From contig JBHGNT010000002.1 of NCBI GenBank assembly GCA_043228905.1, positions 19,158,001 through 19,222,000 on the forward strand: DNA of 64,000 bases, in the 5' to 3' direction. The DNA is from Azolla caroliniana. Its lineage: Eukaryota > Plantae > Polypodiophyta. Position numbers and translations under genes: made by a program. Below the pieces are notes generated by a model that worked only from the letters and a program-made list of their open reading frames with translations, made no database searches and was not told the DNA's origin. Below, in pieces: positions 25,298 through 39,296 of this stretch (positions within the stretch are counted from its first letter, which is position 1; each line of letters starts with the position of its first letter).

Positions 25298-26867
25298 TTA
25301 GTACCTTGTTGGACAAGGTTACTGTAGCTACATCGAGGGAGTTCACGAAACACAACCCAACCCAACACACGCCGACTACCTAGCATGGGAGCAAGTCATG
25401 AGCCATGTGTTGCACTACCTTGCGTCATGCGTTCATGACCACATGCTCGGCTATATTAGAGGTTCGAAAAAACCGAAAGAAGCTTGGGGAAACCTCAAGA
25501 AGATGTTTGCGACCAATACCGCTGCACGAAAACTCCAACTTTGACAAGAGTTAAACAACATGCAATAGAGGGACATGTCGATTATCGGCTATACCTTGAA
25601 GATCAAGGAGTTGTGCAATGCCTTCGGTTCAATTAATGTTGTAATCGACGATGATGAAATGGTGCAAATATGCCTCGGCGGCTTGGCACCTCGATTCGGC
25701 ACGATCAAAGGGGCCATTCTTGCGAGGGAGAACCCTCCCTCCCTTTTTGACCTTCAATTTATTATGTTGGTCAAAGAAAATCACGTTCAACAAAGGAACA
25801 ATGCGCCAAATGGTCAGATGCTCTACTCACAGTCGGATGATAGAAGAGGATTTGACCGTGGAAACAGAGGTCAGTGCGGACGAGGCCGACACGGTCGGCC
25901 GACCCAAGAGCATAACAACCTGATCGAATGCGGGTATTGTGGAAAACACGGCCACTATGAAGAGGAGTGCCAGAAAAAGATACGAGACTCGGCGTCAACT
26001 AGCCAACAACTCACAAACTACGCTTCGAATTCCGACTACGACGATCATGGCGGGATGTTCGTAATGAGGCATGAAGTGCACTCGATGTCGGCATAGGCCT
26101 CGACTAGCACCTCTTCTTCAGACAACATATGGTTTGTCGACTCTAGAGCATCTAATCACATGACGTCCCATGAAGATTGGTTGCAAGAATTACGAAAGCT
26201 CGATCGACCTAGCTATGTCAAAATTGGAGATGATACAACTCACCCAATTCGGCATGTCTGGAATGTTCCATTCAGAAATGACTTCAAACAAACCTAAATC
26301 AAGAACATCTTGCATGTCCAAACCATCATAGAAAACCTGGTGGTCTCAGTCGGCCATATTGTCGAACAAGGCATGCAAGTACAATTGAATAATGAAGAGC
26401 GTTTCATCGAAAATGACGATCAAATTATAGTGCATGGTCACCGAGAAGTCTGAATGTTCATCCTCAAATTAGAGGAGGTGAAATTGGCTATGTTCATAGA
26501 AGGCCTCAAAATCGAAACAGACTTGAAACTATGGTGAAAGAGAATCACTTCAAAAGCTCCAAAACATGCAGTAAAAAAGGATTCATAATCGAACTCCCGA
26601 CATTTACGGAGAAGGAGATTACGGGCGTATGCGAGGCATGCCAGTTCGGAAAACAATGCCGACATCCATTCCTGAAAGAGAGGAATGTGAGCAAAGGGTA
26701 CATTCAGATGTGTGGCGACCAGCCCCGGCGGCAACATTCGGTGGTTGCCGATATTATGTCACGTTCATCGATAACTTCTCCAGGCATACCTGGCTCTACC
26801 CGATGAAACAGAAGAGCGAAGTGTTCGGCCACTTCCAAAGGTTCAAAAACGAAGTCGAAAAAGCCAG

Positions 26868-27270
26868 TGTCATGAACACATGACCATTATGGCGTCACCC
26901 GGACTTGAACCTCGAACCTTGTAATCCATAATTGAAAACCTCAACCATTAAGATAGCTTATTTTCATATGAGAGGATAAAAGCTACCTTTTATATTAGAT
27001 TGATTATTGTAAAAACTATAGATCATTCCAGAATGTTCTAGACCTAGATGTCTAAGCTATTCTATGGGAACCTATAAATAAGGGCATACATGTATTCTCA
27101 AATAAATTCGAATCAACACCAGTCTTTAACTCTCATTACATATCTTGTATCCATTCTCTTTCTTTCTCTATCTTAATACACCCATTCTTCGCTTAGCATT
27201 TTGTTCCTTTCTTCTCGTGTTCCCTTATATCCTTCTTCAATCAGTCTATCTTTTATTCTTGGTTCTGATA
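26868..27270 (+). mobile_element. Solo LTR with antisense tRNA-like cassette, inserted in copia integrase
   Basis: Termini TGTCATGAAC...GTTCTGATA, TSD GCCAG/GCCAC and TATAAATA. Integrase reads EKA|TGWHV..RSDGGKEY across it. Confidence 0.88.
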
Positions 27271-27677
27271 GCCACGGGTTGGCATGTATACTGCCCTCGA
27301 TCGGATGGAGGCAAAGAATATTTCTCGGAAGAGTTTACGACATATCTCCGGAAGGAAGGAATACAATGAGAATTCGCATGTCAACATACACCTCAGCAAA
27401 ATGGTGTATCCGAACGAAAGAATCGGCACATCGTAGAGGTTGCATGGGCAATGATGAATGAGAAGAACCTACCGAAATCATACTGGGCTGAAGCAGCGCA
27501 CACGGCCGTATATCTCATGAACAGGTGTAAATCCTTTGCGATACACAACGTAACCCCTCACGAGAGGTTTTTTAGAAAGAAGCCAGGTTTATCACATGTC
27601 CGGATTTTCGACTCAATGGCCTACGTGCATATTCCCAACGAGACACGACAAAAGCTTGACCCAAAGTCGGAGAAATT

Positions 27678-27990
27678 TAAGGATTTTCCCTTGCGAGGAC
27701 TGCCGACCTTATGGCGTCGAACCGAGGTGCTAAGCCATCGAGGCATATCTGCACCATTTCATCATCGTTGATGTTGATGTTGATCGACCTGAGGGAGTCG
27801 CACAACTCCTTGATCTTCAAGGTGTAGCTACCGATTGACATGTCCCTCTGTTGGATACTGTTTAACTCCTCACAGAGTTGAAGTTTTCGTGCGGTTGTAT
27901 TGTAGGGAATATCTTTTTGAGGTTCCCCCATGCCTCTTTCGGTGTTTTGGCCTCGTAGATGTAGCCAAGCATGTGATCATGACCGCATGA
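27678..27990 (-). pseudogene. Inverted copia gag fragment replacing the INT C-terminus and RT N-terminus
   Basis: Minus-strand YTLKIKELC..DDEMVQICL.GLAPRF..LARENP is homologous to plus-strand gag at 25400-25740. Confidence 0.85.
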
Positions 27991-29069
27991 TGCTAGATAG
28001 TACAACACACGAAATGAAAGACTTGCACGAGCTCCATTACTTTCTTGGCATCGAAGTAATTCGAACACCAATCAGGATATTGATCTTTCAACGGCACTAC
28101 GTTCTCAACTTACTCTACAAGTTCAGAATAACCGACTGCAAACCCGTGGCTACCCCTCTCGACCAAAATCTCAAGCTCGATGTCGATTCAGGCACAACCG
28201 AGTACAATCCGACGCAATATCGACAACTGATCAGTAGCCTAATGTATCTAACCATCACACGACCCAATCTCAGCTATTCAATCGGCCTACTTAGCCAACT
28301 CATGCAAAAACCCACGAAATGATCATCTCAATTGCGCTAACAGGATACTTCGGTATGTAAGTACAATGGTGGATTACGACATCATGTAAAAGTCAGATAT
28401 GCTTATTCAACTCAAAGGGTACACATATGCTAATTGGGCCAGTTATAAGGCGGATAGAATATCCACTTCCGGATTCGTCTTCTCACTCAACAACAGAGCA
28501 ATCTCCTGGAGCAGCAAGAAACAACTGACAATCGCATTGTCGAGCACGAAGACCGAATACAGGGGCGCAGTAGTCGTCGTGTGCGAAGCTGTCTACCTCA
28601 AAAGCATCTTGAAGGACCTGGACATTCCCATCACGGATCCAATTCGCCTCTTCTGCGACAACATGAGCAACATCTACCTCGTTCCGAACCTAGTATTCCA
28701 CGCGTGGACAAAACACATCGAAGTGCACTATCACTTTATTCGCGAACGCATTCAGGCTGGTGATATCGATTTACAACATATCAGCATGAACCTTGAGGTT
28801 GTTGATATCTTTACAAAGGCCCTAGGTATCGACAAGTTGTGGCAGTTTGCGACTAACCTTGGTCTCTCAATCATTGACCAACCGCGCTTGAGGGGGAGTA
28901 CAATATGAACACAATGCAGCTGATGCCGAACAGTAGCCGACCAGAGGAATCAAAGTACGAACAAACAATCGAAATCATGAAATCAGTAACCGAGTCGAAA
29001 ACCAAAATCAAAATCTGAAGTAGACGTTTATTCATCCTCTACACACAGTATCACTCTCGATTCTTTACA

Positions 29070-32000
29070 ACTAGAAATCATTCGATTTCCCTGTCTCTGC
29101 TCCTTTGCATGTGCTGTTTTTTCAAGAACTTGTCAACAGACGTAATATCTAGTACTTGCTTGCTAGTGTTGCAACTCTTTTTTCACTCTTTTGTGAGCCA
29201 TTCTTGCTCTGAAACATAGCATTCAAGAGGTGTTTTTTCCCCTCTTTTCGACCTACAAATAATAGAAACATCAAACACGTATCTACTAGTTTTTTTGGGG
29301 TTCTCAAAAACAAGGATTGTTTCTAGTATACAAAAGAGAGGATTTACATGTTAAATGCTTGCTCACCTGAGGTGAGATTGTGAAATTGGAAATTGAGTTT
29401 TAGTCGCATTCCATTTACCTTTTGGCTGAAATATGAGTGACTCGGCATTGTTCTTAGGTGAACCCACATAGCTCTTGTTGTTTTTGGGGGAGGCCTAGTT
29501 ACACATACATACCTTTTGAACACACTGATAGTTATACTTGAGACCTACAAGTGAGTAGCGTCGGAACAATTATTAGGTGCTTAGATTGCAGTCAACTAGG
29601 TTTACTTACCACCCAATGGCTTCTGAAATGCCTAAGGTTTCGAGTACCTCACGTGATGGTTCCTTTAATTCCCATAAAAATCACTCTATGAGTGGAAAAG
29701 ACCACCTTGAGATCTGTAAATTTGACAGATCCAACTTTGCCTTGTGGAGGAATTAGATGAAAGATGTTCTGATTCAAAGAAGGCAAGTAAGACCATTAGG
29801 TGGTGAAGCCAAGCGACTTGAGGGCATGACCAATGAAGATTGGGAAGAGTTCGATCTCTTGGCAATGTCTACCATAAGATTTCACCTAGCTGACAACGTG
29901 TAATTCATGGTCTTGGACTGTGACTCAACCGAAATGTTATAGACTAAACTATGCAGTATATATGAAAAAGAGATTGCATCAAACAAAGTTTATCTAATAA
30001 GAAACATTTATGATCTTTGAATGAAGGATAACGATAGTGTCGCCTCTCATTTGAATGATTTTGATGCATTATGGTCACAATTCTCAGAAAATAATTATGG
30101 ACGATGAGCTAAAATGTGTATTTCTGTTATGCACTTTGCCTAGCTCATGGGACACTTTTTGCGCCGCTATTAGTGCTAATGCACCAAATGGGAAATTAGT
30201 GTATAATGAAATATGTGGAGCACTATTGGGTGAAGAAATTCGTAGGAAATCTGTGATTGCATCACATAATGGAGATGCATATAATGTTTCTGACGTTGGT
30301 TCTCGCAAGAACCAACACTGTGGTAGGAGCCAAACAAGAAATAGTAGTGGAAATGATAGAGGTAGAAGCAAATCTAGGAAGAAAAATATGGAGTGTCATT
30401 ATTGTCATAAAAAGGGACACCTCAAGAAAGATTGTTATGCCCTAAAAAATAAGGAAAAAGATAATGCTAGATTCAAAGGTGATGGGTATGGAAGACAATC
30501 TAGTGGTCTCTCTTCCTCCGTGGAAATAGAAGAAGTAAATGCAACATGTGATGAGACAGACATCTTGGTCCTAGATAATGTTAGCACACATGTTGGGGTG
30601 AATATGGTTTTTTCTCCATCACATATGTGGTGTTTGACTCTTGTGCATCATTCCATGTGACTCCACATAGAGAGTGGTTCACATGTTATGAAGCCAAGTC
30701 ACTTGGGAAAGTTAGACTTGGAGACTCACATGAGTGTGATGTGATTGGCATTGGAGATATCTCAATGCACTTTAGTGATGGTTCTCATCTTACCATTAAA
30801 GATGTACGCCATGTTCCTCAACTCACTTGTAGTCTAATGTCCGTTGATCAGCTTGATGACAACGTATATAAGGTGATATTTGCTTCCCAATCCTTTCGTA
30901 TAACGAAAGGAAATATGATTGTTGAAAAAGGGAACAAAGTTGGTTCCCTGTACCCTCTATTTGTTCATAAAAAAGAACATTTGTTGGCTATCATAGACCA
31001 ACCAATGATGAGCATTTGCCATGGCCGTTTAGGCCACATGTCAAGAAATGGCATAGAAATTCTATCTTGTTATGGCCACTTATCTAAGTTGTCATTCCTT
31101 GATTTTGCCTTATGTGAACATTGCCAACATGGTAAGCAAACCAGAAGTGCACATAAGACCAGTGTTAACTCATCCACTAAACCATTGGACCTTGTCCACA
31201 CGGATGTTTCTAGACGTATGCCCACAAGATCTTTGGGTGTTGCATTGTTTTTTGTTACGTTCATTGATGATGCCACTAGGAAAGTTTGAGCTTATCCGAT
31301 TAAGGGAAAGGATGATGTATACCCTACTTTTAGAAAATGGCTTAGTTCGGTTGAGTTGGAAAAGGACATAAAGCTTAAGGCTTTACGTTTGGACAATGGA
31401 GGTGAGTATACCTCTCACGAATTTGATGACTTTTGTAAGTCTAGAGGCATTGGAGAGAGTTTACAACTCCTTACACCCTTGTCCAAAATGGTGTGGCTAA
31501 GAGGATGAATAGAACCATCCAAGACAGAGATATCTCTATGCTACATCATGCAAACCTCTCGCAAGGTTTTTGGGCAAAAGTTGTTTTAACAGCAGTCCAT
31601 GTGATTAATCTATCATCGAATATAGCCATAGGTTTAAAAGTAGCACAAGAGTTGTGGATAGGCAAGACATCTCATTATGCTCACCGTAGAGTTTTTGGAT
31701 GCGAAGAATATGTACACGTTCCAAAAACTTTAAGAAAGAAATTGGACTATAAATGGAGAAAATGTATATTCTTTGGTTACAGAATTGATGGGTAGTCTGA
31801 ATATCGCTTATGGGACCCTGACACACGTACTGTGGTCAGAAGTAGCGATGTTGTTTTTCATGAGAACAAAATGCATAAATAGTCCGTAAAGGAGGTAGAA
31901 GTAAAAAAGGTTGTGTTTAAAGATATTGTGCCTTCTATTGATGTAAAACACAAAAATCTTATTGATGTAGATGCTTTGACATGTGGTCAATCTCGAAAAA

Positions 32001-32140
32001 TTGTTATTGGTCAGCATGATGATGCTCAGCACAATGATATGCAAAATTATGATTTTCAGTAAGAATACGCTCGGAATGATGATGATCAGAATGATGTTTC
32101 TCATGCACAACCTGAGGGTATTCAGGTTCAGGAATCATTG
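29070..32140 (+). mobile_element. 3'-truncated Ty1/copia element (leader, gag, PR, INT)
   Basis: LPSSWDTF, CHYCHKKGHLKKDC, FDSCASFHVT, CEHCQHGKQ and FIDDATRKV; no RT. Confidence 0.88.
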
Positions 32141-35100
32141 ACGCGATCCATGCATTATGTCATGGAAATCCGCGCGCGTTTGTCGAAATGGGTAGGACCA
32201 CCTATTGTTTACCGAACATAACACATGTGGAATAGAGTATTATATTAGGAGCATTAAAAGTAACGCGTGTAATGGTTGTACGCAGGGAACGTAACCGATT
32301 AGAGGCCCTGTATATATAAAGGGTGAGAGACCATTGTAATAGCGAGCGTATTCTAAGAGTGCCATTTTAATATAGTTTATCTTCTCTGATCTTGATGTCC
32401 TGTCCAATGGCCTATTGGTGTCTTGTTTCCGTGTCTCGTTCTCTATACAAGACTGTGTTACAGTTAACACAAGGTAAGTACGCATTGGGTACTACGTCCT
32501 AAGGAGACTAGGTTGTAGCCGTCTCCTCCTTACGCCCTACCGATCACGTACTACGCATCTCTATTCCTTTGCCTCACAATCACCTTGTAAGCTACCCCGA
32601 AGGACTGAGGGTAGCTTGTGTTCCTAACTGGTAACACTTTTGGCACGCTTGGTGGTCTGTGAATGCTCGTAGCCGAGCAAGCCAGCAATGGATGTCTAGC
32701 TACCGACGTATCAGAGAACCTACGCGACAAGATCGACCATTAACTAGATCCATCACCAGACAGACAGAAGAACACACTATGCGAAAACCCCACCTTAGCG
32801 ACTCACACCTCCTCTTTTTAGGAGTATACGGTAGAATCCAGGCTCACAGAACAAAGCGGCTTCGATCACGAAGTCTTATCGCCACACGATCAAAGTAGTG
32901 CGAACAAATGCCACAGTAGCCCACACCGTGGGGTCAGTAGCCTTTGTTGGCCGACCGTCACCATCGCGACCGGAATGACTTTCTCATACCCCCGCTTTAA
33001 CGGAGAAACCGACACTGCGAGCCACATACGAGTGTTCCTCAATGTCTGGAATGCTAATCACATTGCGCAGCGGTTTCCAGACGCAGAAGCTCACGCTTGA
33101 AAGATCGCCGAGTTCGAGTTAACTTTGGACGGTCAGGCTGCATGGTGGCATTCCCAGATGGATTTGGCAGCAATCACAACCTTTGACCAATTGCAATCGG
33201 CGTTCTTGTGTTTTTTTCATCGGAGGGTGCCACAATGTGAAATAATTGGGTAGTTCTATACCATCAAACAACTTCCCACAGAATCCGTATTGGATTTCAG
33301 TCTGCGTTTCCAGAGCCTATAGAGGAACCTTACACGGACCCCAATGGATGATGAGGTCAAGGAAACGTTTTTGGCAGCCCTAAGACGGCCTATTCATACG
33401 ACGTTGAACACGCAAAGTGTGAAAGGGGAAACGTCAGATATGGTCATCGAGCGAGCATTACAACTCGAGTTAGAGGAGGAAGATGAAGGACTGTCCATGG
33501 CATCGCTATGGCAGTCGTTACCCCAAGAAGAGGAACATCGATTCCGCCAGGCCATTCAATGCACAATCTATTTAAACTCGGGGCATTGCGCGGTAGAATG
33601 TAATATGAGAATACATTGCCCCATTTGCCACTCACTGGCACACACGGTGGAGCAATGTGAGTACAATATGCTCAACAGGCCCAAACCTATACTATGTTGT
33701 ATGGAGCCTCACGCCAATTTCACAGGAATGACCAAGGTCGGCAAGAAGAGCGTCCGGGTATACGGACCGAAATCAAAGAATGGAGCATCAATACCATCAC
33801 CACCGTAACAACAACCCGTATTCCGATGAAGAAGAGCAGGAAGAGGAAGAGTACCAAAATACCAACTGTTACGATCAGGAGGGGCGTCGCTATGACAATC
33901 GACGGCCCACCCACAATCGTGGAGGATTCAACGGACCTTGTCCAAATGTTAACAATTGACCGCCTAGGGGCCAACACCGTTATGAGGAGAGTTCAGAGGA
34001 CGAACAACGCCCAGCGCTACGCCGAGAATATCGTCAGCGACCCCGAAATAGCAAGCTAATTCAACAACCCCAGGAAGAGCAAGCCGCACCGGAAAAATCA
34101 AATACACCACCAATTATAGAGAGAGGCGAGTCCAGTGTACCTTATTTTGTGTGCTAACAACCCGGTCATTACACGACGCAGTGCCTACCTTGCAAAGGTA
34201 AGGAATCAACCATCAATACAATCACGACAGAATCCAGTAGGTCACAACACGGCCACAGACGAAAGATGAGATACGCAAAGAAGCCCAGGCCTAGGTAGAG
34301 AAAACAAATGTGGTGAATGCGGTGAATGCGGAGCATATGAAACAAGAATCAGCGAACACCCGCTTATAGATGGACGATAACGCATTAGCACCGGACCCCA
34401 TATGGTAAGCATTGGCAGACTGTGAAATAACATTGACCATGGATAAGCTCCTCCACCTAGTTCCACGATTCCGACAAGTGGTGGAGAATCATTTACAAGG
34501 AAAAAGTGGATTAGATGTCTCAGCCAATTTTGCGGATTCTAGTACCGGCCCAGCAGTAGTAGATCACCACAACCCGGCCATTAAATTGGTATTGAAGAGT
34601 CAAGAAATACCGGGATGCATCATCGATGGGGGTTCCTATGGAAATGTCATTAGCACAAGCACATGTACTCGACAGGGCATTACGGATTGGGAAGCATGCC
34701 CTTTCGGGCTTCGTATGGCGGACACCTGTTCCATCAGGCCCCTCGAGTTAATTCGGAAATTAAGAATTGTCGTCGGAGGCCATCACTTTGACATCTCTAT
34801 GGTGGTACTCGCATTAGATGATCCAGGAGCATATCCAATTTTGCTGGGCAGACCATGGTTACGCTCTACCAACATGAAACAGAATTGACGGCATAACTGT
34901 ATCAGCTTCCGACGAGGCCGTAGCAAAGTCTGTGTCCCTACGCAAGAAATGGCGACACCAACCAAGGGCATCACGCCATTGTACACGAAGATATTAATAT
35001 GCTAGAAGGATTGGATGATACTGAACTTGAGGCTTATCTCGCTGAAAACCCGCGGATTGTGCCATTATTCGAAATTGACGTAATGGAAACTACTGCGGAG

Positions 35101-36699
35101 TACACCCCAACCAATACGCTTCAAGAGGAGGAGTATGAGCCTGATCCCGAGTCGATAATAGAGTTAAGTAGGGAACGAGAAGCATTCGAAAAAGAAATGG
35201 AAATCTCGTGTCACGTCATTGCTTCTGCATTAGAAGAAGTCAACATCAGAACGACAAAGGTGCCACGACTACTCTCAATTTCTGGGGATTTGACCTCGAG
35301 TGAGAAGATGGCAATGACAAAACTGCTCCAGGAATATAGGGATGTTTTCGCATGGTCCCACGAGGTCATGAAAGGATTGGATCCAAAATTTTATTAGCAC
35401 AAGATCAACTTGTCCACCGACGCAAAACCTGTGGAGCAACGACACTACCAAACGAACCCAAATTACGTGGCTCGCGTAAAAGAAGAAATTGACAAACTGT
35501 TGAAAGCAGGGTTCATTCAGCCGATCAAACAAGCCACGGGGCTTAGTCCAATAGTCATAGTGCCGAAGAAGAATGGGAAAATACGCGTTTGTGTGGATTA
35601 TGACAAGCTAAACATTGTAACAATTACATATGCGTTTCCCTTACCCTTTGCGGATAACATACTAGACATCGTGGAGGACTATGACATGTATAGTTTTTTG
35701 TATGGATTCAGCGGATACAATCAAGTACATATGCAGCCTAACGACTAAGAAAAGACCGTGTTCGTTGTCATAGTAATGATGTTTGGTCTGAAAATGGCAC
35801 CCGCCACTTTCCAGTGAACAATTGCGGAGATTTTTGAAGAATACATACCTACATTTATGCAAGTTTTTCTCAACGACTTTGTGGTGTATGGAACGCGAGG
35901 GGAACATTTGGGGCATCTACGGCTTTTTTTGGAACGTTGCCATACGTCACACCCCAATCTTAATCCGGTGAAATGTGAATTTGGTGTTACCAGCGGAACA
36001 ACTGCTCGAACTAGGCTAAGCTCGGGTCCACAACATGGCCATATTAGAACAAGAGCAACAACGGCGTAAGGCATTCGTAGATCGACATCGGGACAGACGA
36101 GAGAAAGACTTCAAGGTTGGCAAAGCTGTGCTAGTCTTTCAAACGCACATGGGGCCAATGATAGGAAAGTTACGATTCTGCTGGACAGGGCCATACTGGA
36201 TAATCGGGCCAGAAAATGGGACCTTTCAGTTAGGTACACTCACTAGAGAAGTATTACGCCAAAAAGTGAATGGATTCTGATTGAAGCCTTACCAAGGATC
36301 TACGCCCCCAAATCTGTTTCCCGTCGTAATGGACATGGCGGATGGATCCCACAGTAACCAGCAGTCGGGACCCACGGGTAACAAATGTAAAAATAATGTT
36401 GTACTAGTAACCGTTGGAAAAAATAAAATAAAATAAAATAAAGAAAAAGAGAGAGAGAGAAGATATTCACAACTATTAAAAGGCCTTAATGCATACACAA
36501 GTCCCAAAAAAGGAACACGCGTCGCCACGATGTCACACATGCCTATGAACCCTAATGCACAAAAAGAAGGAAAGAGAAGGTTTTCTGCACATTACAGAAA
36601 ACACCCTCCAGCCTTCTACTCTCCTCGTTCCCTCGCTCTCCTCGTGCTCCTCGCTCTCCTCATTCTCCTCTACCGCAGGTACCACGCACAACGCAACTC

Positions 36700-37392
36700 A
36701 TGTGCTTCACATGTCCAGCTCTCTCCTGTCCACCCACGATGTTGATCATCATCTCAGCAACCTTGCGCAGATGGCTCCTGGAGGAGGGGTTTGAGGGGTA
36801 CATCCGAGTAGCAAAAGCACCACCACACCCCGATGCACTAGACATCGCCAGGAAGCTCAACATCGACACGATGACGAATGCTAGTATCCGGAAGAAGTTG
36901 TGTCTATTTGCAACAGGCGAGAAGCACTTCCAAATTCCTCCATCTAACGAACTGGAGAGGTATTTTGGACAATATTCAACATCTAGCAAGGCATATAGAA
37001 CAAAGAAAATCCCGGGTCCATTTTTTCGAGAGATTGCAAAGTTCCTGCTAGAAGTCGAATGCGTACATGTTAACGTCTACGAAATGCCAAAACAAAAGGC
37101 AGGCATTATCATCGACACATTCGAAGGTCGCACAGTAGATTGGGGAGTAATTACGAGATCAGCGCTACGAGAGGGACTTCACACATACCAAGTTGGAAAG
37201 AAGCTAAGGCCGATTATTCAAAATTATCTTACGGTATTGTTTCCACCACGCGGACTCCCCGTTCTGGCCACTAGCAAACCCACGCCCCCGTCACGATTTG
37301 CGAAACGGCGGCTAGCGGAATTGGCAAGCACAGAATGGGAAGAAGAACCACAGCCTTCCCCCTTCGTCGTGGAACTAACACAGCCGGAGTAG
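36700..37392 (+). pseudogene. Accessory ORF N-terminal domain, homologous to 53666-56389
   Basis: WL.E.G.EG....PPH...YFGQYS..KAYRT..FREIA..MP..KAG.II.TFEG..VDW aligns with the second copy. Confidence 0.8.
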
Positions 37393-37394
37393 CC

Positions 37395-39296
37395 ATTAGA
37401 GATACCATGCCATTCTTAGATGACATCCCGATCAGGGGATGCCCGGTGGAGAAAAAGGACGAGGCATTCGGGCCGGACGGATGTCAGAATTTCGTGGCGT
37501 CCCACATCGATGACTACGAGAAGGTGCTGCAGAGACTAGAAGGCACGAGGCTCACCTTCTCCGGGGAAAAGTCGGCCTTTGGGAAATCAGAGATCATGGT
37601 CGTCGGGCACCTATGCGGACCATACGGTCGGAAACCGTCTCCGGCCAAGGTGGAAGCCATCTCCGCGATGAAGCATGACTACAATTCGGTCATGGAGGTT
37701 TGCAGATTCTTGGGAGCATGCGCGTTCTACCACATCTGAATCCCGCACTACGCACACGTCGCGGAACCCCTCTACGGGCTATTGAAAAAGGGCCGTAGCT
37801 TTGAGTGGAGGACGGAGCACACAGAGTCAATATAGAGACTGAAGGAGGCACTTACGGTAGCGCCGGCTCTCCGTAAAGCGGTTTACGGCGAGGATGTTCC
37901 CATCTACGTGATGGTGGACACCAGCCCGACCGGGATCGGGTGGCTAATCAGTCCGGAGGACAAGGACGGCGTACGATTCCCGATCCGGTTCGGGGCGAAG
38001 GTATTGAGCGAGCGGCAACGAGGGTACGCCCAAGTTAAGCACGAGCTTTGGAGTGTCGTTTTGGCAGTCAAGGCCGACAAGGATTATCTAATCGGGACCG
38101 AGGTGATCATCGAGACGGACTGCCTGCCAATACTCGACATGGTTTCCGGATGCGCGACGCCGGACCTAGCCATGCTCCGGTGGATAGCATACATTAAGTC
38201 CCTGAACCCGAAGATACGGCACATCTCCGGAAAGGACAAAGCCATGGCCGACATGCTTTCGAGGGCAAGGTTCAACGACGAAGACGGCATGGTCTCGGAT
38301 GACGAAGAAGTCGGCGAGGACTTCTTCGGGTCGGCTAACGTAACGGCAAGGAAAAGGAACACTCCGGCGCTTAACGAATTTGACGAAAGCGGGTACGACA
38401 AGGAGTGGCTCCAAATCGGGAGGTTCCTACGGACGATGACGCCGGACGCAGCATGGGCGAGAGAGGAGGCGAGCCGGGTACGGAAGAAGGCGTACCGATT
38501 CTTCCTGCGGGACGGGTGCATATGGAGGCACCCAAAGAAGAGAAGCGGCATCCCACTCTGAGTAGTGGCAAAGAAAGAAGAACAGGGGAAACTACTGGCG
38601 GCATTTCACGAGAGCCCCTGGACCGGACACCGCGGGACGTGGGCCATGTTCGAGAAGCTGAAGGAGAAGTACTAGTGGCCGGGGCTACACCAGGACGTGC
38701 ATCGGTTCGTAACAACTTGCAAAAGCTGTCAGATGCACTCCGTAGTCCGACACCGGGGCGAGCTACACCCGACCTACCCGCCTACGGTCCATTTCAAGTG
38801 GATGGTGGACTTGGTGACGATGCCCATGGGGGTAGGACAGATGCGATACCTGGTGCTTGCACGGGAAGACTTAACGAACCAGGTGGAAGGCTGTGCACTG
38901 CAAAGCAAGACAACCGCGGCGGTATGCCGGTTCCTGATCGAAGAAGTAGTGTGTCGGAACGGGTGCGTCGGGAGGATCGTGGCGGACCGGGGAGAGCTGG
39001 ATGCGCGGGAGGCTGAGGAGTTGTTCGACCGGCTAGGCGTCAAACTCTCCCTCACCACGGCGTACAATCCGGAGGCGAACGGAAAGGTGGAACATGGGCA
39101 CGGGCCGATCGTAAAGGCGTTGGTGCGTGCATGCGGTGGGCAGGTCGAGAATTGGCCGCGACTCCTTCCTTACGCACTATGGGCGGACCAAACTACGCAC
39201 AGTTCGGTGACAGGGTTTATACCGGCAGAGCTGATGTACAGACAGAAAACCGGTCTCTGGTGCATGCCTATGGATGCGCGGTTTGGTGGGGGTGGA
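37395..39296 (+). pseudogene. tRNA-Trp-family gypsy pol fragment (RT, RNase H, integrase) plus PPT
   Basis: PFLDDIPI, VDTSPTGIG, IETDCLP, AYNPEANGKVE; purine-rich GGTGGGGGTGGA before the LTR. Confidence 0.9.

Larger units (their letters stand above)
15343..29069 (+). mobile_element. Ty1/copia element (host of five nested insertions or rearrangements)
   Basis: The 5' LTR ends ...GATTCTTTACA at 16252 and the same end recurs at 29069. PBS TGGTATTAGAG at 16253. Gag FASWEYKMHQ|YLVGQGY is split by copia 20205-25297. Knuckle CGYCGKHGH, INT, RT/RH to 28908, PPT TTGAGGGGGAG ~28888. Confidence 0.85.
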
